DNA from: Spirogloea muscicola
Taxonomy: Eukaryota
Assembly (NCBI GenBank): GCA_009602725.1
Contig: WELB01000020.1
Location: 439,790 to 494,722, forward strand
Reading direction: 5' to 3'
Length of the DNA stretch: 54,933 nt
Position 1 is the stretch's first letter. Every line of letters starts with the position of its first letter. The notes under the pieces were generated by a model. It saw only the letters and a program-made list of their open reading frames with translations. It did no database searches and was not told the origin of the DNA. Of the stretch, positions 1 through 13,600 are shown one piece after another. Made by a program: the position numbers and the translations under genes.

Positions 1-9
1 GCGCGCGAG

Positions 10-128
<119 letters not shown>

Positions 129-918
129 GCGGCGGCGGCCCTCCGGCGGTGGCAATAGGGCGGCGGCGGCGGCGTGGCTGCTGCCGCGCGGCTGCGGCGC
201 CGACGTCCGCGCCGCCACGAGCCAGCGGCCGCAGCGGGCCCGCCTCGGAGCTCCGCACCTGCCTGCGCTGCGGGCAGAGGTACTCCGCCCGCGACAACTC
301 CCCGGCCGCCTGCCGATATCATGGCCACATGACAGGTGTGTTGGCTCGGGAGGCATCAGGCTGTCACGCCGTCGCAGCGGTGTGATGGACTCAGCCCCAC
401 TACGCAGCCTCCTCAGCACAGCCCAGTACCAGTGAATCTAGTGATCGCATCAGATTGCACTCTCCAGGCTTGTGTTACTTTGCGTCTTCTTGAATTGTTC
501 TCCCTAAAGTTGTGTTACATATCAATCATCAAGTCCCAGGTTCTCAATGCTGGTTCTCAACGTGCTCTTTGGGCCCGCCTTCTCAATGCTCCACAGGCCG
601 CTTGTGAGGTGCAAATAGTCGTCATTGTCTGCCTGAAGTAGAAGTGCTGGGCTCGCGGGCCCGACCCTTAACTTTCTTGGCTCAGGTGACAGGGGCCTGT
701 ATGCACTGGCGCCACCGCACCAGGGCATCGATGGCGAGTGGAGCGAGGACAGTGGCGTCATCGTCTACAGGTGGAACACCCCCAAAGACCGCCCCAACAC
801 CGGTAGCGCCAACTGGAAGAGGCGATGGACCTGCTGCGGCCACTATGGCCAGGACGCGCCCCCCTGTCGCCTGGGCTGGCATGTTTCGTACGACGACGGC
901 GAAACCCTGTTCGCTTGA
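129..918 (+). CDS. Plant-type uncharacterised Cys/His-rich (putative zinc-binding) protein, 5' end missing; 2 exons (..335, 686..918)
   Basis: GT donor at 336 and CAG acceptor at 683-685. The spliced frame reads TCLRCGQRYSARDNSPAACRYHGHMTG-DRGLYALAPPHQGIDGEWSEDSGVIVYRWN...WKRRWTCCGHYGQDAPPCRLGWHVSYDDGETLFA* with TGA at 916-918. It has a CxxC...CxYH...WxCC...C pattern. Confidence 0.75.
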
Positions 919-1429
919 CCCCATAGATCTGTTGACTTGGCGGACACACTGCACGCAAGTACCGCAGCTCCCATATACAAGGAGGCTTATGGACCTTTTT
1001 CAACTCATTTGCGAGCCAGCAAAGGGTGGCAACTCCTGTGGGCAAAGCGAGCAACAGCTGAATATATTGAACACACTGATCATCACCTGGAAGCTACTAG
1101 AAGCTGGAGTTGCACAGTTTTCCCGTAAGAGTTGTGAAACCTTGCAAAGATGGAGGTGTACATGCAAATACGGAGGTCCACAAGTAAACAGCTCAAACTA
1201 CCTGATAGATGCTTGTCTTCCGCGCAATGGCTACTAGCAGGCAGTGGCACGTCTGTACACAGCGATGCAGGTAAGTGCAGCATGATCGCCAAGCGTGTAC
1301 TGATCTGAGCGGCTTTGGAAGCATCAGTCGGCTGCTGTGTCCTACTTGCTGTATGACCCGCAGTGACACACGTGCTCAAAGCCATGCACTCGGAGTCTTT
1401 GTGCAAAGTCGTAGTGTGTCAGCCAGCAC

Positions 1430-2542
1430 CTACATTTGCATCAGCGCTTGCATGTACTGCGACTCTGGCCCGTAGAGCAGGTCATTGACATCAGTTAGGG
1501 GCATGTCCGAGAGTGGAGCTATTGAGTGCTTGATACTGGTCGCAGGGTCCAGCTTCTTTGCCGGAGCCCGGGTGTGCTCATCTGCAAGCAAGCAACTGAA
1601 TCAACTAAACGAGCCTAGTCAAGGAACCCTATTTCACTTACACTGGAGTGCACGAAGGAAATTTCGTGTGTTTGAAACAAACGAAGGCCAAATGGCCAAG
1701 TACAAAGGCAAGCACATCTTAAGGCCTACATAACCTACAGTAGATTGACCCGCTCAGAAACCACGGGTCAAAACATAAAGGTCGCTAACCGATGCCTGGT
1801 TAGTAGATGGCAGATACGAAGGCTGCCTTGTGGCAGGCTAACGTCAGTACTGTAGAGATGAGCAAGATCGAAATAAGGGACATATATACAGAGAATGCAG
1901 TCTGACAAGACTGGAAGCCGCACCATAGATGCTGTAAGGTGAGTCTGGTGGGTGCGTGGACAGATGATTGAGGCTCGCGTAGACCATGAACGCGAAGAGG
2001 AGCGCCACGGGCACGTACGAAGGTATGGCTATGGCCCAGTACCTGCTTGGGAGGGGGGGCCACCAATGGCGGGGAGCCTCAGCAGGCGGCCCCATTTTCG
2101 AGTATGGCAGCTTGCCGTGGCGATGCTGCAAGGACTGCTGTGTTGACAAGCGAGCCGCTATAGCAAATGCAGGCGTGGCTTACGAGTCGTGCTGGCCTGC
2201 ATAGATGGGCGCACCTGGAAGGGTAGTACGTCACGCCGGCGGCGTGCAGATAGGCATCCGGGAGGTACGCCCAAAGGATGTACAGGACTGAGGCGGCCGC
2301 GCAGCGGCCGTCAGACGAGGCGCCAGTGAGACGCAATGTACACGGAAGCGGTCTGCATAGCTGCGGAGCTTATGGGAGAGCTGGACAGCCCAGCCGCTGG
2401 CTCTTGCCAGGCTCAGCGACAGCGAGCGCTGCGGCGGCGGCTGGCGCTCGAGGCCGGGGGCCGGACCGTAAGCGACGACGACGGCGATGGAGCAGACGAA
2501 GCCGTAGGCCTCCGCCGGCTTGGCGCCGCGCTTGGCGGGCAT
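1430..2542 (-). CDS. PIGP: GPI-GlcNAc transferase subunit P (PIG-P); exons 2542-2467, 2287-2215, 2042-1924, 1581-1430
   Basis: The spliced frame AEAYGFVCSIAVVVAY-VLYILWAYLPDAYLHAAGVTYYPSR-YWAIAIPSY...PPDSPYSIY-DEHTR...IAPLSDMPLTDVNDLLY matches the PIG-P signatures (EVYGF, YYPSRYWA, P-I-D-P-VN). All three introns are GT-AG. Confidence 0.9.
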
Positions 2543-3034
2543 CGGCCGCCGTCGCCGCGGCCGCGGCAGCTCGCGGCGGATGGCTCGCCTCGCGGGACGG
2601 GAGTCGGGTCTTCGTCTGTCGGAAATAATCGGAGCGATTACAAGAGAAGAATCTCCTGTATTTGATATAGTCGAAGGCCAAAATGGCCAAAGGCAAGCAC
2701 ATAGAAGGGCCGAGGTCAGTGTAAAGCTCAGCCCAGAAAACCCAGCCAGCCCCCTTCGATCTCTGTTTCCTGGGCTGCCCAGTCACAGCCATCGCCCTCT
2801 ACTGGAAGAGTCCCTTTTCTTACACATATCTTTTCTTTCCAGTACATCTCCGCAGCCGCAGTCATCTGTCTTTGCAAAGAAATAGCTCGTCCAAGGGAGG
2901 CGCGCTTTTCTTTTTCCCGCCCAGGCCGACAATACGAAGCGGCCCCGCGCCATCCTGCAGTCCTGCCTCTCCCACTCTCCTCCCCTTGAGGGGACTCTCC
3001 CCCCCCCTCTCTCTCCCTCTCTCCCCCTCTCCCT

Positions 3035-3165
<131 letters not shown>

Positions 3166-3417
3166 NNNNNNNNNNNNNNNNNNNNNNNNNNNNNNNNNNN
3201 NNNNNNNNNNNNNNNNNNNNNNNNNNNNNNNNNNNNNNNNNNNNNNNNNNNNNNNNNNNNNNNNNNNNNNNNNNNNNNCCCCCCCCACTCTCCCTCCCCA
3301 ACCCTTGCCCACTCTCCTCACGATCGCCATCCGCCAAACCCAACAGCCATCCGCTTCCCAGCTCCGCAAAGAGGTGCCCGCCACGGGCGCCAGCCGCCCA
3401 CCTCGGCCCCGGGCTCC

Positions 3418-6400
3418 ATGGTGGGCAGCGGCAGCCTGGCCGAGGACGTCGCGCGGTGGCTCACCGCCGAGATGCACTGCCGGTATGCGGCCGCTGCAAC
3501 CGCCACAAGGCCGAGGCTCCTCCTCGAAGCCCAATGTCCTAACCTGCCGTCGAACTCGAGGCCTTCACAACCGCAAGCTGCCCCCGTGCGCCGCTGCAGG
3601 CCGCCCACGTTATCACCAGAGGACGTTGCGCCCCTCTGCCGGGGGAACATGCAGGCTGTGTGGCGCTTCCTCACGCAGCGCGTCCGCTCGGAGCAGACGG
3701 TGCAGCATGTCAGGTGCGCGCGTCGCAGGAGCAGGCAGCCTTGCACGTTCGACGATGCCGTCTATAACGTCATCTGCAAATTGCATCTTGTACTTGAGCA
3801 GGCGCAAGCTCAGTCCTGTGAGGCGACGCTCCCAGACCCTCCTTGCTCGTCGGGATAGCGAGCCGCCTATGCTGATGGGCGACCTGCAACATTGTCGGTG
3901 GTCAGGAAGAACCTGGTCGTGCACGGGAGGCCCGCTGCCACCACTGCCGCTGCGCTTAGTCCGGCGGTGCATTGTGCCACGGGGCCCACGAGAGAAGTGG
4001 CCGCCGCCGAAGTGAGGGCCCTACGCGGCCAGGTGGCCGACGCTGAGAGCCAGCTGCGGCAGGCGATGTCGTTGCTGCTCCAGGAGGATGTCTGCCGCCG
4101 GGACAACCTTGCAGAGACCAACCGCATCAAGTCAGGCCTCGCATTGGCTGCTGCACTGCTGCCAGACCTGTGCCTATGCCTAAGCCGGATGCCCGCAAGT
4201 TGCAGTCCCACTTCGGCATCCACGAAGGCTCACATCCCGCATCACAGGAGCGAGGCGCTACTGCTGGAGGCCTTCCAGTCGCGCTGCCGGCTGCTGTTCC
4301 ATGTCCTCAGCGAGTACCTCGATGGCCTGGCGACAAATCTGAGGGCTGCTGCAGGCTGCACGGCGGACAAGAGTGAGCAGGTGAAGCTGCACTGCAAGCC
4401 GCCTGGCCGCCAAGCCGCAATCATGTGCAACTAAACAACGCGCCATGTGGCTAATCATCTCGGACAATTAAGCATTCCACTGTGTACTAGCGCCCAACTG
4501 GCTATTGGATCATAAACATCTTAACAAGTTCATGAATACATTACTGTAATGCAGGAGGAGGCCTTGCTGTACTGCTTGCCAGCGCCCGCTTTGGGGGCGG
4601 GGCCAGCCGAGCGCTGCGAGACGGCTTCACAGACGGCCGTGCGGGAGGCCTGCGAGGCGTCAGCTCGGGCGATTTTTGATCACCTCCGAGAGGCATACCC
4701 TGACAACGAGTCAGCGGACGGCGCTGCAGCCTGCGGCAGAGGCGTGCAGGTAGACGAGCTCTTCCACCTGGGCGGCCTGGAGGAGCGGCTCGCGGCCATG
4801 CGGATGGAGCCCCGAGCACTGCTGGAGGCGCTGGCTTGGGACGCTGCCGGAGCGGCCGCGCAGCTGCAGAAGGCAGCCAACAACTCCGCCAACATACAAC
4901 AGTATGATGACAGTCTGAGTCATGGCAGTCCGATGTATGCTCCCAGTCACACCCTTGCATGGTACGTCACTCTGCTGTTCCTTTCACTGTTTGGAAAAGC
5001 TTAAGGGCACGTGTTTTGACGTCACGACACAGTGCATCAGAGCTGAGGGCTTACAGCTGTAAATCAGTATGTTCAAGTACTGCAACATTCCTGGAATACA
5101 AACCCAGACATGTGATCCCCAGATTTTGTCCTTTCCGTGTCTCTCTTGTGGCACGCAGCTAGGGCTTGAGGAATAATGAGCTCAGAGGGTTGTAGCCGTG
5201 CACTGCTGCTGAGCTAGATAGGAGCTCTACTCTGACAGGGTCGGCGGGAGCTCTTCAAGTCTATGCGAAATTAGGCCAGCAGCCTGTGCCAGCAGAGCTG
5301 CTGCCGAGTGTGAGCAGAGGGTGACAAAGTCGACGAAGGAGCTGCTACAAGAGCGACAGGTGACTGGTCCGCTCAGGGCTTCTCACGACCTGAATTCAAA
5401 CCACCTGTATCGGCAGGAATTGTCATGTAACAATGTCAGGAACTCATAGATTGCAGCGTCTGCTGGCAACACCTTGTGCAGAGAGCCCATGTTCAGCAGT
5501 TCATGGAGGCCGAGGGAGCGCGCAACGAGGCCGCCGAGGCTCAGGCTACGCTGGACCGGGTGGTCAAGGAGCTGGAGGAGTCCACAGCTACAGCCGGCTG
5601 TCAGCCTGGCGAGGGTGTCACACTGGTCGACAGTGCCAGCGTTTTGCAGGTCTGAGTAAAGCAGATCAAGGCCAAGAGCTGCACTATTGACATCGTGGAA
5701 CTCAACCACACTCTGCGCTAATGACTTAGTTCATATCTGAAGTGCGTGTGACACCTCTAGACCACAGCTCCTACATGCTGTGAAGCAAATGACAGCTTCC
5801 TTACTCACACAGGTCCAAGTCTGGGAGCTAGAGAGGAAAATTGCGTCCAGCAAGGCGGCAGCAGATTGCCTCGCCAAGGAGCTGGCTAGCCTCATCCAGC
5901 TGAGGCGGGAGCGAAAGGAGGCGCAGGACATCGTGCAGCAGAAGTGGCGGCAAATTACCAGCTTTGACGCTCGGAGAGCCCGGCTGGAGCAGCTCTACCT
6001 TGACCTTACAGAATCCGCCAATGCAAGAGCCCATCAGATATTCACCCGCTTGTAGCAGCTTGTGGCTCCAACGTTTATTCTTCTTAAGTCCAACTTCTTC
6101 ATATTGTAGGATGATGTATTAAGAGCTTTACAGTCAAATCGATGCCTTTCACTTGGTGCACTTGTGCCAGCAGGCTGCTGCAGCAGGCTGGCCCAAGTAC
6201 GTGGAGGACATGGCCATTGCTTCAGAGCACGACCATAAGTCCATCTTCCAGCAAGTGGGCATCCAGGCTGACCTCATGCGGGGACTCATTGAGAATGAGG
6301 CAGTCGCCTTCACAGCATATGTGAAGCGCAACGGTGAAGCCCAGCTCGTCCTTTATCAGCCGATTGTCACTCTGTTATTGCTGCGCATGATCCCTGCACA

Positions 6401-7340
6401 AGGGTGCAAGGTCTCCGCAAGGGCAGCAGCTATATCTTATTATTGGCAGAGCTTCCAGCTGTCATAAAGTTCATCAATTATCTGGGGCCTTAACTGTGGC
6501 ATGGCTCCAGTGATTGAGCTAGTCGCAAAGTACGAAGTGCACGGCCATGTTTAATATGATTGATGACAGACACAGGGGCGTGGCTCGATGCTTTGATGGC
6601 AGGTCCCAAGCCTGAGGAGGCATTGCTTGAGCCACTGCTGGGGGAAGTGAAAGCACGCTTCCCCTGCTGCTCTGCTCAGCGCATTGTGCCGCACACTGAG
6701 GCTGCTCTGAGAGAAAGGGAGTCGCTGCAGGACATTGTGACTCAAGGCTGGGAAGCAAATGCAGCCTCACGGACAAGCTCTGGACGGTTGCACAGGTCAG
6801 CCTCTGCTTGCCGCTCATATTGAGAAGTCTTGCATAAGCAGATGCGATCCGCACGCACGGTTTCCTTGGTGGAGGGACCATTTAAATGCAAACTACCTTA
6901 TGAAATGGTGCCGCAAGTGACCTCCGGGTGGTTTGCTCCAGGGAGGCCGCACAGTGCATAAGAGCCATTGCAGAGCAGGAAAAAGAAATGGAGGAGAGGT
7001 GGCTCCCAAAGATGGAGGCGGCCATGGGCATGGCTACCAGTGCGCAAGAGAAGGGGCAGATCGTCCATGCCATGGTCTGGACTCTGCCACTCTTGGAGCT
7101 AAATATTTAAGGCTCTAGGATCCAGGATGACAGGACTCAAATATTGCTCAATGACCACGCCCACTGCAGATGAAGAGGCCAACGTGCCAACGGTCTCATG
7201 CTGTGTTGTGTCTCTATGGCCAGGTGGATGACTGGTGGAACCAGCCCGCAGCAACTGTGGTGGACTGGGTCAAGGTCGACGGCAAGGATGTATGCACGTG
7301 GCTGAATGACATCAAGCAGTGCTGCGAGCGCCTGCGATGA
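3418..7340 (+). CDS. AUG5: Augmin (HAUS) complex subunit 5, multi-exon
   Basis: The N-terminal WLTAEM...[34 protein letters not shown] and last exon (7224-7340) [32 protein letters not shown] match plant AUG5 motifs (CRGNM-P-W-FL--RV-SE-TV; WWEQPA-TVVDWV-VDG). Some internal exon boundaries are not resolved. Confidence 0.88.
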
Positions 7341-8524
7341 TATCCCACTTTGTCCTGCATATCTAGCTGCCAGCTCCTCTTGGTCTCCATCAGGATTCCT
7401 CGAGAGCAGGCGACATCGCCAAGGTCTTTTGCATTCATTCTCGTGCATTCATTTCAGTAGGAAGTGGCCTTTTTGCCTGCTTCTTTGCCAACCTGCTGTA
7501 TCCAACGGATGGAGCACGGAGTCGGCCAGCGGCGGCAACTGCTAGCCGTTGCTGGTACCGAAGCATGGGAGACAATTAATGCAATGTCAGGGCCAGTCGC
7601 CTAAGAGCCGGCATTTGCACCCGGCATTCTCCCTCTCTCCTCTCCCCTTACCCAGGTCAGTCCCTTCCACCGGCCTCCTCAGCGGCGTCTCTCCTCCCCT
7701 TCTTCCGCTTCAGCACCCAAGTCCTTTGCATTCAGTTCTGGCTGACTGCTCACGACCACTCTCTTCCAAGAGCCCAGAGCTCTGTGTGCGCGCCCAAGCT
7801 TCTTGACGCCCAGATGCATTGGTGTGGTTCTTTCACGCTGGCCACTCAGCCTTGCCTCTTTTAGGAGCTTGCATTCTTTCCTTCAGGACCTCGATGCTGA
7901 CTATGTCAGCCCGACCGCGCCTGCACGACCTGCCGTGCTCGAGTCCCTTGGGCTCCTGGTACAATCCCGAGTCCGTGTGGCAGCCGCTTAGCTACTCACA
8001 TGCAGACGGACGACCTCAATTTCAGGAGAGGTAAAAGGAAGGGTTATCCTTGTTGGAGATTTGCCTCCAAGCAGCCATGAAGACGGCGGGACTGCTGGTT
8101 AACGGGCTGAGAGGCTCGAGTACAGATACACAATGCCCTTTCTCTCTGTGTTATGCGATCTGGGCATATTTCCAAGCAGCAACATGCAAACGAGATTCTT
8201 TTCAGATCCTGCACATGCTTCAGATCCTGCACATGCTTACAATCCTAGAGGGACTGGTCATGACTCACTTTTGTCAATAGTACATTGCAAGGCAACAACT
8301 TGCACAATGCATGCCTTTGAGTTACTTTGATCCATGCGTGGAGAGCAAAAATTTCCAGATTGACGAATGCAATCCTTGTGAGTGGCACGGCGCCCGGTGG
8401 CCAGCTGAAAGGCATGTCACATTGAGAAGGCTGTACATGCGAGCTTGAGAAAGTCGCAGTGTAGGCTTTCTTGGGCCCTTGGGCGCCACTGCTCATCTCC
8501 TACTATGTGTTCTTACTTTGTCGT

Positions 8525-8855
8525 GGGCATTCAATGCCGCAGCCATTGTTGGGCGCGCTCCTGACGCTCTACTTGCCTGTGAGTTTTCCGGATGCGCCTG
8601 GCCGTCTCTTTGCAGCGGTCCCTAGCTTTTGCGGTCCACTTGCGCGCAGGCCGCGCTCTGGCGGCGGCCTCCGGCTTCCGTCAGGGCGACGTCTTTCCAC
8701 CTGCTAGCTATTCAGATTTGCATCTACTGACGAGAGGTTACTGAGAGTTCGCTTACTGCTGTCTCAGTCCTTAGCACTCCGACTCCTTCAGACCTTGTCC
8801 ATTCTTTTGGGCTGGCCTCTCCCAGCCACCAGTTATTCTGGCCGCGCTTGCTTTC
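8525..8855 (+). mobile_element. CRE-like non-LTR retrotransposon 3' fragment (subfamily E)
   Basis: Encodes FRMRLAVSLQRSLAFAVHLRAGRALAAASGFRQGDVFPPASYSDLHLLTRGY* (stop 8742-8744), followed by a 3' UTR with a GGGCTGGCCTCTCCCAGCC hairpin. Confidence 0.8.
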
Positions 8856-8895
8856 CTGTGACCAAAGGTCCGCCTGATCTGGCAGCTCTAGGTTC

Positions 8896-9124
8896 AGAGA
8901 AGTGCGCGCCCATAGAGAAGAGGGGCTGGCAAAGCCAGCCCAAAAAAGCATGGACAATGTCCAAAGCCAAAGAAACAGGAGCCGGAGAAAGGACTACACT
9001 ACAAAACACTGCAGAACACAGAAACGATGCAGAGGGAAGCTCAGTACCCACGAGTGAGCAACAGGTCTGAGTAGCTCGCTGCAGGGAAAGAGGCACTCCG
9101 CCGGGACCCAGAGGCGGCGGCCAG
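8896..9124 (-). mobile_element. CRE-like retrotransposon 3' fragment (subfamily A), inverted
   Basis: The reverse complement matches 31990-32210 (ORF end SYSDLLLLTRGY*, UTR, GGGCTGGCTTTGCCAGCCC hairpin). Confidence 0.85.
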
Positions 9125-9131
9125 AGCCTCT

Positions 9132-9227
9132 TCTTAGCGCTTCCCTTGGCCCCCTTCTCGTACTTTGTTCCTTCCTTTTTGCTGGATTTTCCAGCACCTA
9201 TCCTCAATGGGCGAGCCCTTTCTTCTG
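9132..9227 (+). mobile_element. CRE-like 3' UTR remnant (subfamily C)
   Basis: Matches 16785-16858 (CTTAGCGCT...CCTATCCTC-ATGGGCGAGCCCT), with hairpin variant TGCTGGA-TTT-TCCAGCA. Confidence 0.7.
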
Positions 9228-9452
9228 CCCCTGTTCCTACTAGTATTCTCTCTCCTTTGACTACTAGCTAGCTTGTAGCCTCTGTTACCAGCTACTGCCC
9301 CTTGGGAGCTGCCAATCCCTCTGCCCTTTCCATTTTTCTGCCCTCCTGTGCACCGTCTATGTGTTTTGCAGTCTTTTGTAGTGTAGTCCTTTTTCCGGCT
9401 CCTCTTTCTGTGGCTTTGGACATTGTCCATTCTTTTTTGGGCTGGCTTTGCC

Positions 9453-10066
9453 TGGTGGCGTCCACGACGGGCGGTGGCGGGCGCATCATTGCCGATGTGG
9501 TCACCACTGATGTGGTCGACCGCTCCAACCCGGGGCTTTCTGCCTCGCGGGCTGGCCACGCTGCGGCAAAGGCCGCTCGCAGCAAGGCGGCCAAACACGC
9601 CGACCACCCGGCTGCCGACGAGTTCGTCCCCCTGGCTGTGGACGTGCATGGGGCTCTTGGATCCCACTGGCTCGACCTATTGGCCAGGCTTGCACGGCGC
9701 GCTGTGTCCCGCAGGCGCGGTGAGCCGGCTGACTTCAACGCCGCTGGCTCGTGGGCTCAGGCGTATCGTATGCGCTTGTCCGTCTCCCTCCAGCGGTCCA
9801 TGGCTCACGCCTTGCATCTGCGTGCTGGCCGTGCTCTCGCTGCGGCCTCCGGCTTTCGTCAGGGGGATAGTTTACCGGCAGCTAGTCTGTCGGATGTGAG
9901 GCTCCTCACTCGTAACTACTAAGTGGTCCATCCTCCCCCGTTCTGCCATAGCCTCTTCAGGCCCCGCAGTCGCTGCTTAGCTCGTAGTTTGGCCCCTTCG
10001 AACCTTGTCAATTCTTTTCGGGCTGGCTTCTCACAGCCCTTGCCCCCATTGGGAGAGCCACTTCTT
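9453..10066 (+). mobile_element. CRE-like retrotransposon 5'-truncated copy (subfamily B) encoding the RLE endonuclease C-terminus, nested in a subfamily A 3' UTR
   Basis: Encodes RIIADVVTTD...AGHAAAKAARSKAAKHA...FVPLAVDVHGALG...RLSVSLQRSMAHALH...SDVRLLTRNY* (stop 9922). Near-identical to 21250-21711 and flanked by a CTTTGCC direct repeat. Confidence 0.88.
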
Positions 10067-10630
10067 CTTTGCCAGCCCCTCTTCTCTCTGGGCCACTTCT
10101 CCTCTCTATGGGCGAGTACTTACTTCCTGTGCCCTCGAGCACTAGCAAGTCTGATTTCCAACAAGGAGCGGAGGGGTTAATCTCTTAGCAGGCCAGCAAG
10201 TTTTCTTGTGGCCAAGTGGCGCACGTCGACGACGCCGTGTGGCAGCCACAGCCCAGAGCTCACTTGGCTGGCTGGCCGACCGTGGTCACCGCCTTTCGCC
10301 AACAGTAGCCATTTATACCTTCACGCCGTCCCGCTGAAAGAAAGGCTTTCTGAAGCGCCGGAGCCTCCGCCGCCACCTGCGGCGCCATCGCCGCCGCAGA
10401 CCGCGCACCCGGCGAGGTGCGCTCATCATCGGACGGACCGCGTGCGGGGCCGCTGGTGCTGATGCGGCATCGATGGCGGTCGCGGAGAAGCCTCGGTGAC
10501 CTGACCCTCGCCGGCAGGCGGTGCCTCACCGCTGCCATTTCCCCGTGCTTCGCAGCCGCTCCGACGACCGACGGGCGAGCAGGACCCGAGCTTCCGCGAC
10601 GTACTTGACAAAGCGAGGACTCGACAAGTG

Positions 10631-13600
10631 ATGGCTTTCGCGAAGCCGCCAGGCGGCGGGACGGCGGGGCCACACGTGCAGCTTCAAGATGGACGCAAGG
10701 AGGTGATGCCTCTGCCGCGTATAGCTCCTTGGAAACGACCTACAAAGAAGTTTGCTTGTTGCTCGGTTCTGCTTTTACAAGCTCTCTATGTTGCATTGTC
10801 AAAATCAAGCCCCTGCAGCAATAATGGACTGATGATCCAAGATGGCCGGGATGATGAACAGCTGTCGCTGTGTAATGGTTGAAGGCAAACAGGCTTAGGT
10901 CTTTCAGGTCGACCTCCTGAGTCAATCAAGCAGATGATTATATCGTCTCACTTATACTGTCAACAACATTGCGTCTGATCTGACCGAGGAAGTGACGGAA
11001 GCATGCACATATCTGACAACTGCTGATCGGCGCGAATGTGCTCGTGGGCGTGCTCTTGACCAGGTCATCATTGAGAATGGAATTGTCAGGCTCACAATAC
11101 TGAAACCGTCGGGCATTGTCTCGGGCCTGGCCTTTGGGGGCCTTGACAACTTCTTCGAGGTCGCAAATCCGGAGACCAACAGGGGGTACTCTCCAGCCTT
11201 CGCCAGCAAGTGACAGAAAGTTGTGCAGAATAGAAAACAGTGGTCTATTGCGTAGAGAGGGGCGCAGAAATGCGTAGACAATAATGCTGCGAGCTCTACG
11301 ACGAGGTCGTAGACCCTAAACCCTAAACCTTAACCCTCTACACTAAGAATTGCTCCTAGTCAAGCTGGATAAAGCCCCAGCCACTTTGCAGATGAGCTCC
11401 AATCGTGCAGCCCCGCAGGTACTGGGACCTGAATTGGTGTCCTCCTGGAGCAAAGGACATATTCGATGTGTAAGTGTCATGCGGTTGTCTGCTTTTGACC
11501 CCTACAGTTAGCCTGCATCTAGTTCGACCATTGTCCAGGCTGTATGCGTGATGGTTTCTCCTGGTGAAGCTAGTACAATCTCTGCACCTTGATATTTGCA
11601 CCTTGATCAAAATTTGTGGATGTTGTCCAATATTAAGCCAAAATGTACTAGGTTTTGCTGCTTACGGCTCTGCTAAATCCTAAACTCTAAAATCTCAACA
11701 CACTCTACTGTGTGCAGTATTCATGCTACAGAGTACCACGTCATCAGAAAAGATCATGAGTGCGTGGAGGTTTCTTTTGTCAGACCGTACAACCCCCATG
11801 CTCAGCCTCCTATGGTCCCTATGACAATAGACAAGAGGTACGAGACTGATGAAGTAGGCACAAGGTATCTGTAGAGATTTAGGGGTCTGTCCATGAAGAC
11901 AATACCCTATTGCCTGTCTTGACCAAGGACAATACAAGAACAGACTTCCAGTCAGTTCTGCTCCATTGTTTGCAACATTACCCAGACTCACAGATGTGAT
12001 TCATAGCTCTCCACTTCCTTGCGTGCAGCAGACAACAAGGGTATCTGCTCAAAGTTTATGCTTCAGACTGAGGAGTTGATGACTGATGTAGCTCAGGCTT
12101 TGGTCTCAGGTTTCTTATGCTGCGAGGAAACACAGGCTTTTACACATATGCCATCTACCATCGACCGCAGGGTGTGCCAGACATGACAATGAGTCAGACC
12201 CGCTTCTGCATCAAGCTTCGAGATGACAAGTCAGTAGGCAGAGCTCTGACCAACTGCAACATCAATAATGTGGTCCCTACTTGCCAGGAAATTGGTATAT
12301 CCGCATCACCTAGGACAGCTATGGCAGAAGCATCACCTCACCTTGTCAGTTGCTTCACAGGTTTCACTACATGGCACTTGCAGACGACAGGCAGAGGTTG
12401 ATGCCAGGTGGCAAAGACCGCGCTCCGCCTCGTGGCAAGGCTCTTAGTCCCGTTGAGGCTTGCCTGCTTGTGAACCCTGTGAATCCAGCCCTCAGAGGGG
12501 AGGTGAGAAGTCTGTGCTGCTGAGTAAAGGTTTTTTCGTTGGTCAGTAGAAGGCCATAGACTGAGCAAGACCTTGCTCAGTCTATGTCAGTCTATACAAA
12601 AAAAGTAGGGTTGCAAGTCCACGTTGTGCCTGGCTCATGATACTGTCAAGCAGAGCTAAGTCAAAAGTGTTAAGGCAGGGCAATAGTGTCAGGGGTCATC
12701 GTAGTACAACTGTGATTGGCAATAATGTGTACTTAGATTGTATGTTATGGGTTGTCTCATTCTTGGGCCAGATTGATGACAAGTATCACTACTCCTGCGA
12801 CAATAAAGACAACCGAGTCCATGGCTGGATTAGTGATGCACCGCCAGTAGGCTTCTGGGTTATCAATGCCAGTGACGAGTACCGCAACGGTGGTCCCGTG
12901 AAGCAAAACCTCACATCACACTGTGGCCCCGTCTCTCTGTCAGTGAGTATGGTGCAGTCACACTTCTGTATACATAACAAAGTCAGCCACAAGATGTTGC
13001 TGCTCTGATGTGGTAACTTCATGATCACCCTTACTCAGAAGAGTGCTTGGCTAGCAAGAAGCATGATGGTGCGCATTGACTTTCTGTTATTGATGACGGG
13101 TCATCAGATGTATCACAGTGGACACTACGCCGGGCCTCCCTGTTGTCCCACGTGGACTGGCGGTGAACCGTGGACCAAAGTTTTTGGGCCTACTTTCATA
13201 CATGTCAATTTTGCACCAAGAGGAGTTGAACACCGGTCATTCTTGTGGCAAGATGCCAAAGCGCAGGTTCTGTGTTAATCTATTGTTGACAACATTGCTC
13301 ATTTCTGCCAGCAATTGGCGGCAAGCTAATCTCCTCGTTGTTCATCTCCTTTGATTCCTAATTCAGTAGCTTGATCCTACATTCTTGCTACAAATAGACA
13401 CCTTACGTGGTGGCTTCAATTGGTAGGCTGATGATGCCCTGTTTTATATGGATGACAGATGCTAGCAGAAGTAGGAGCATGGCCATACAGTTTCCCAGCT
13501 TCGGCTGACTTTCTGAAAGCAAACCAGCGAGCAAATGTTGCCGGGCAACTTCTTGTGAAAGACAAGTACGTACCTTGTCAAAGTATAACAATTGGTAGCA

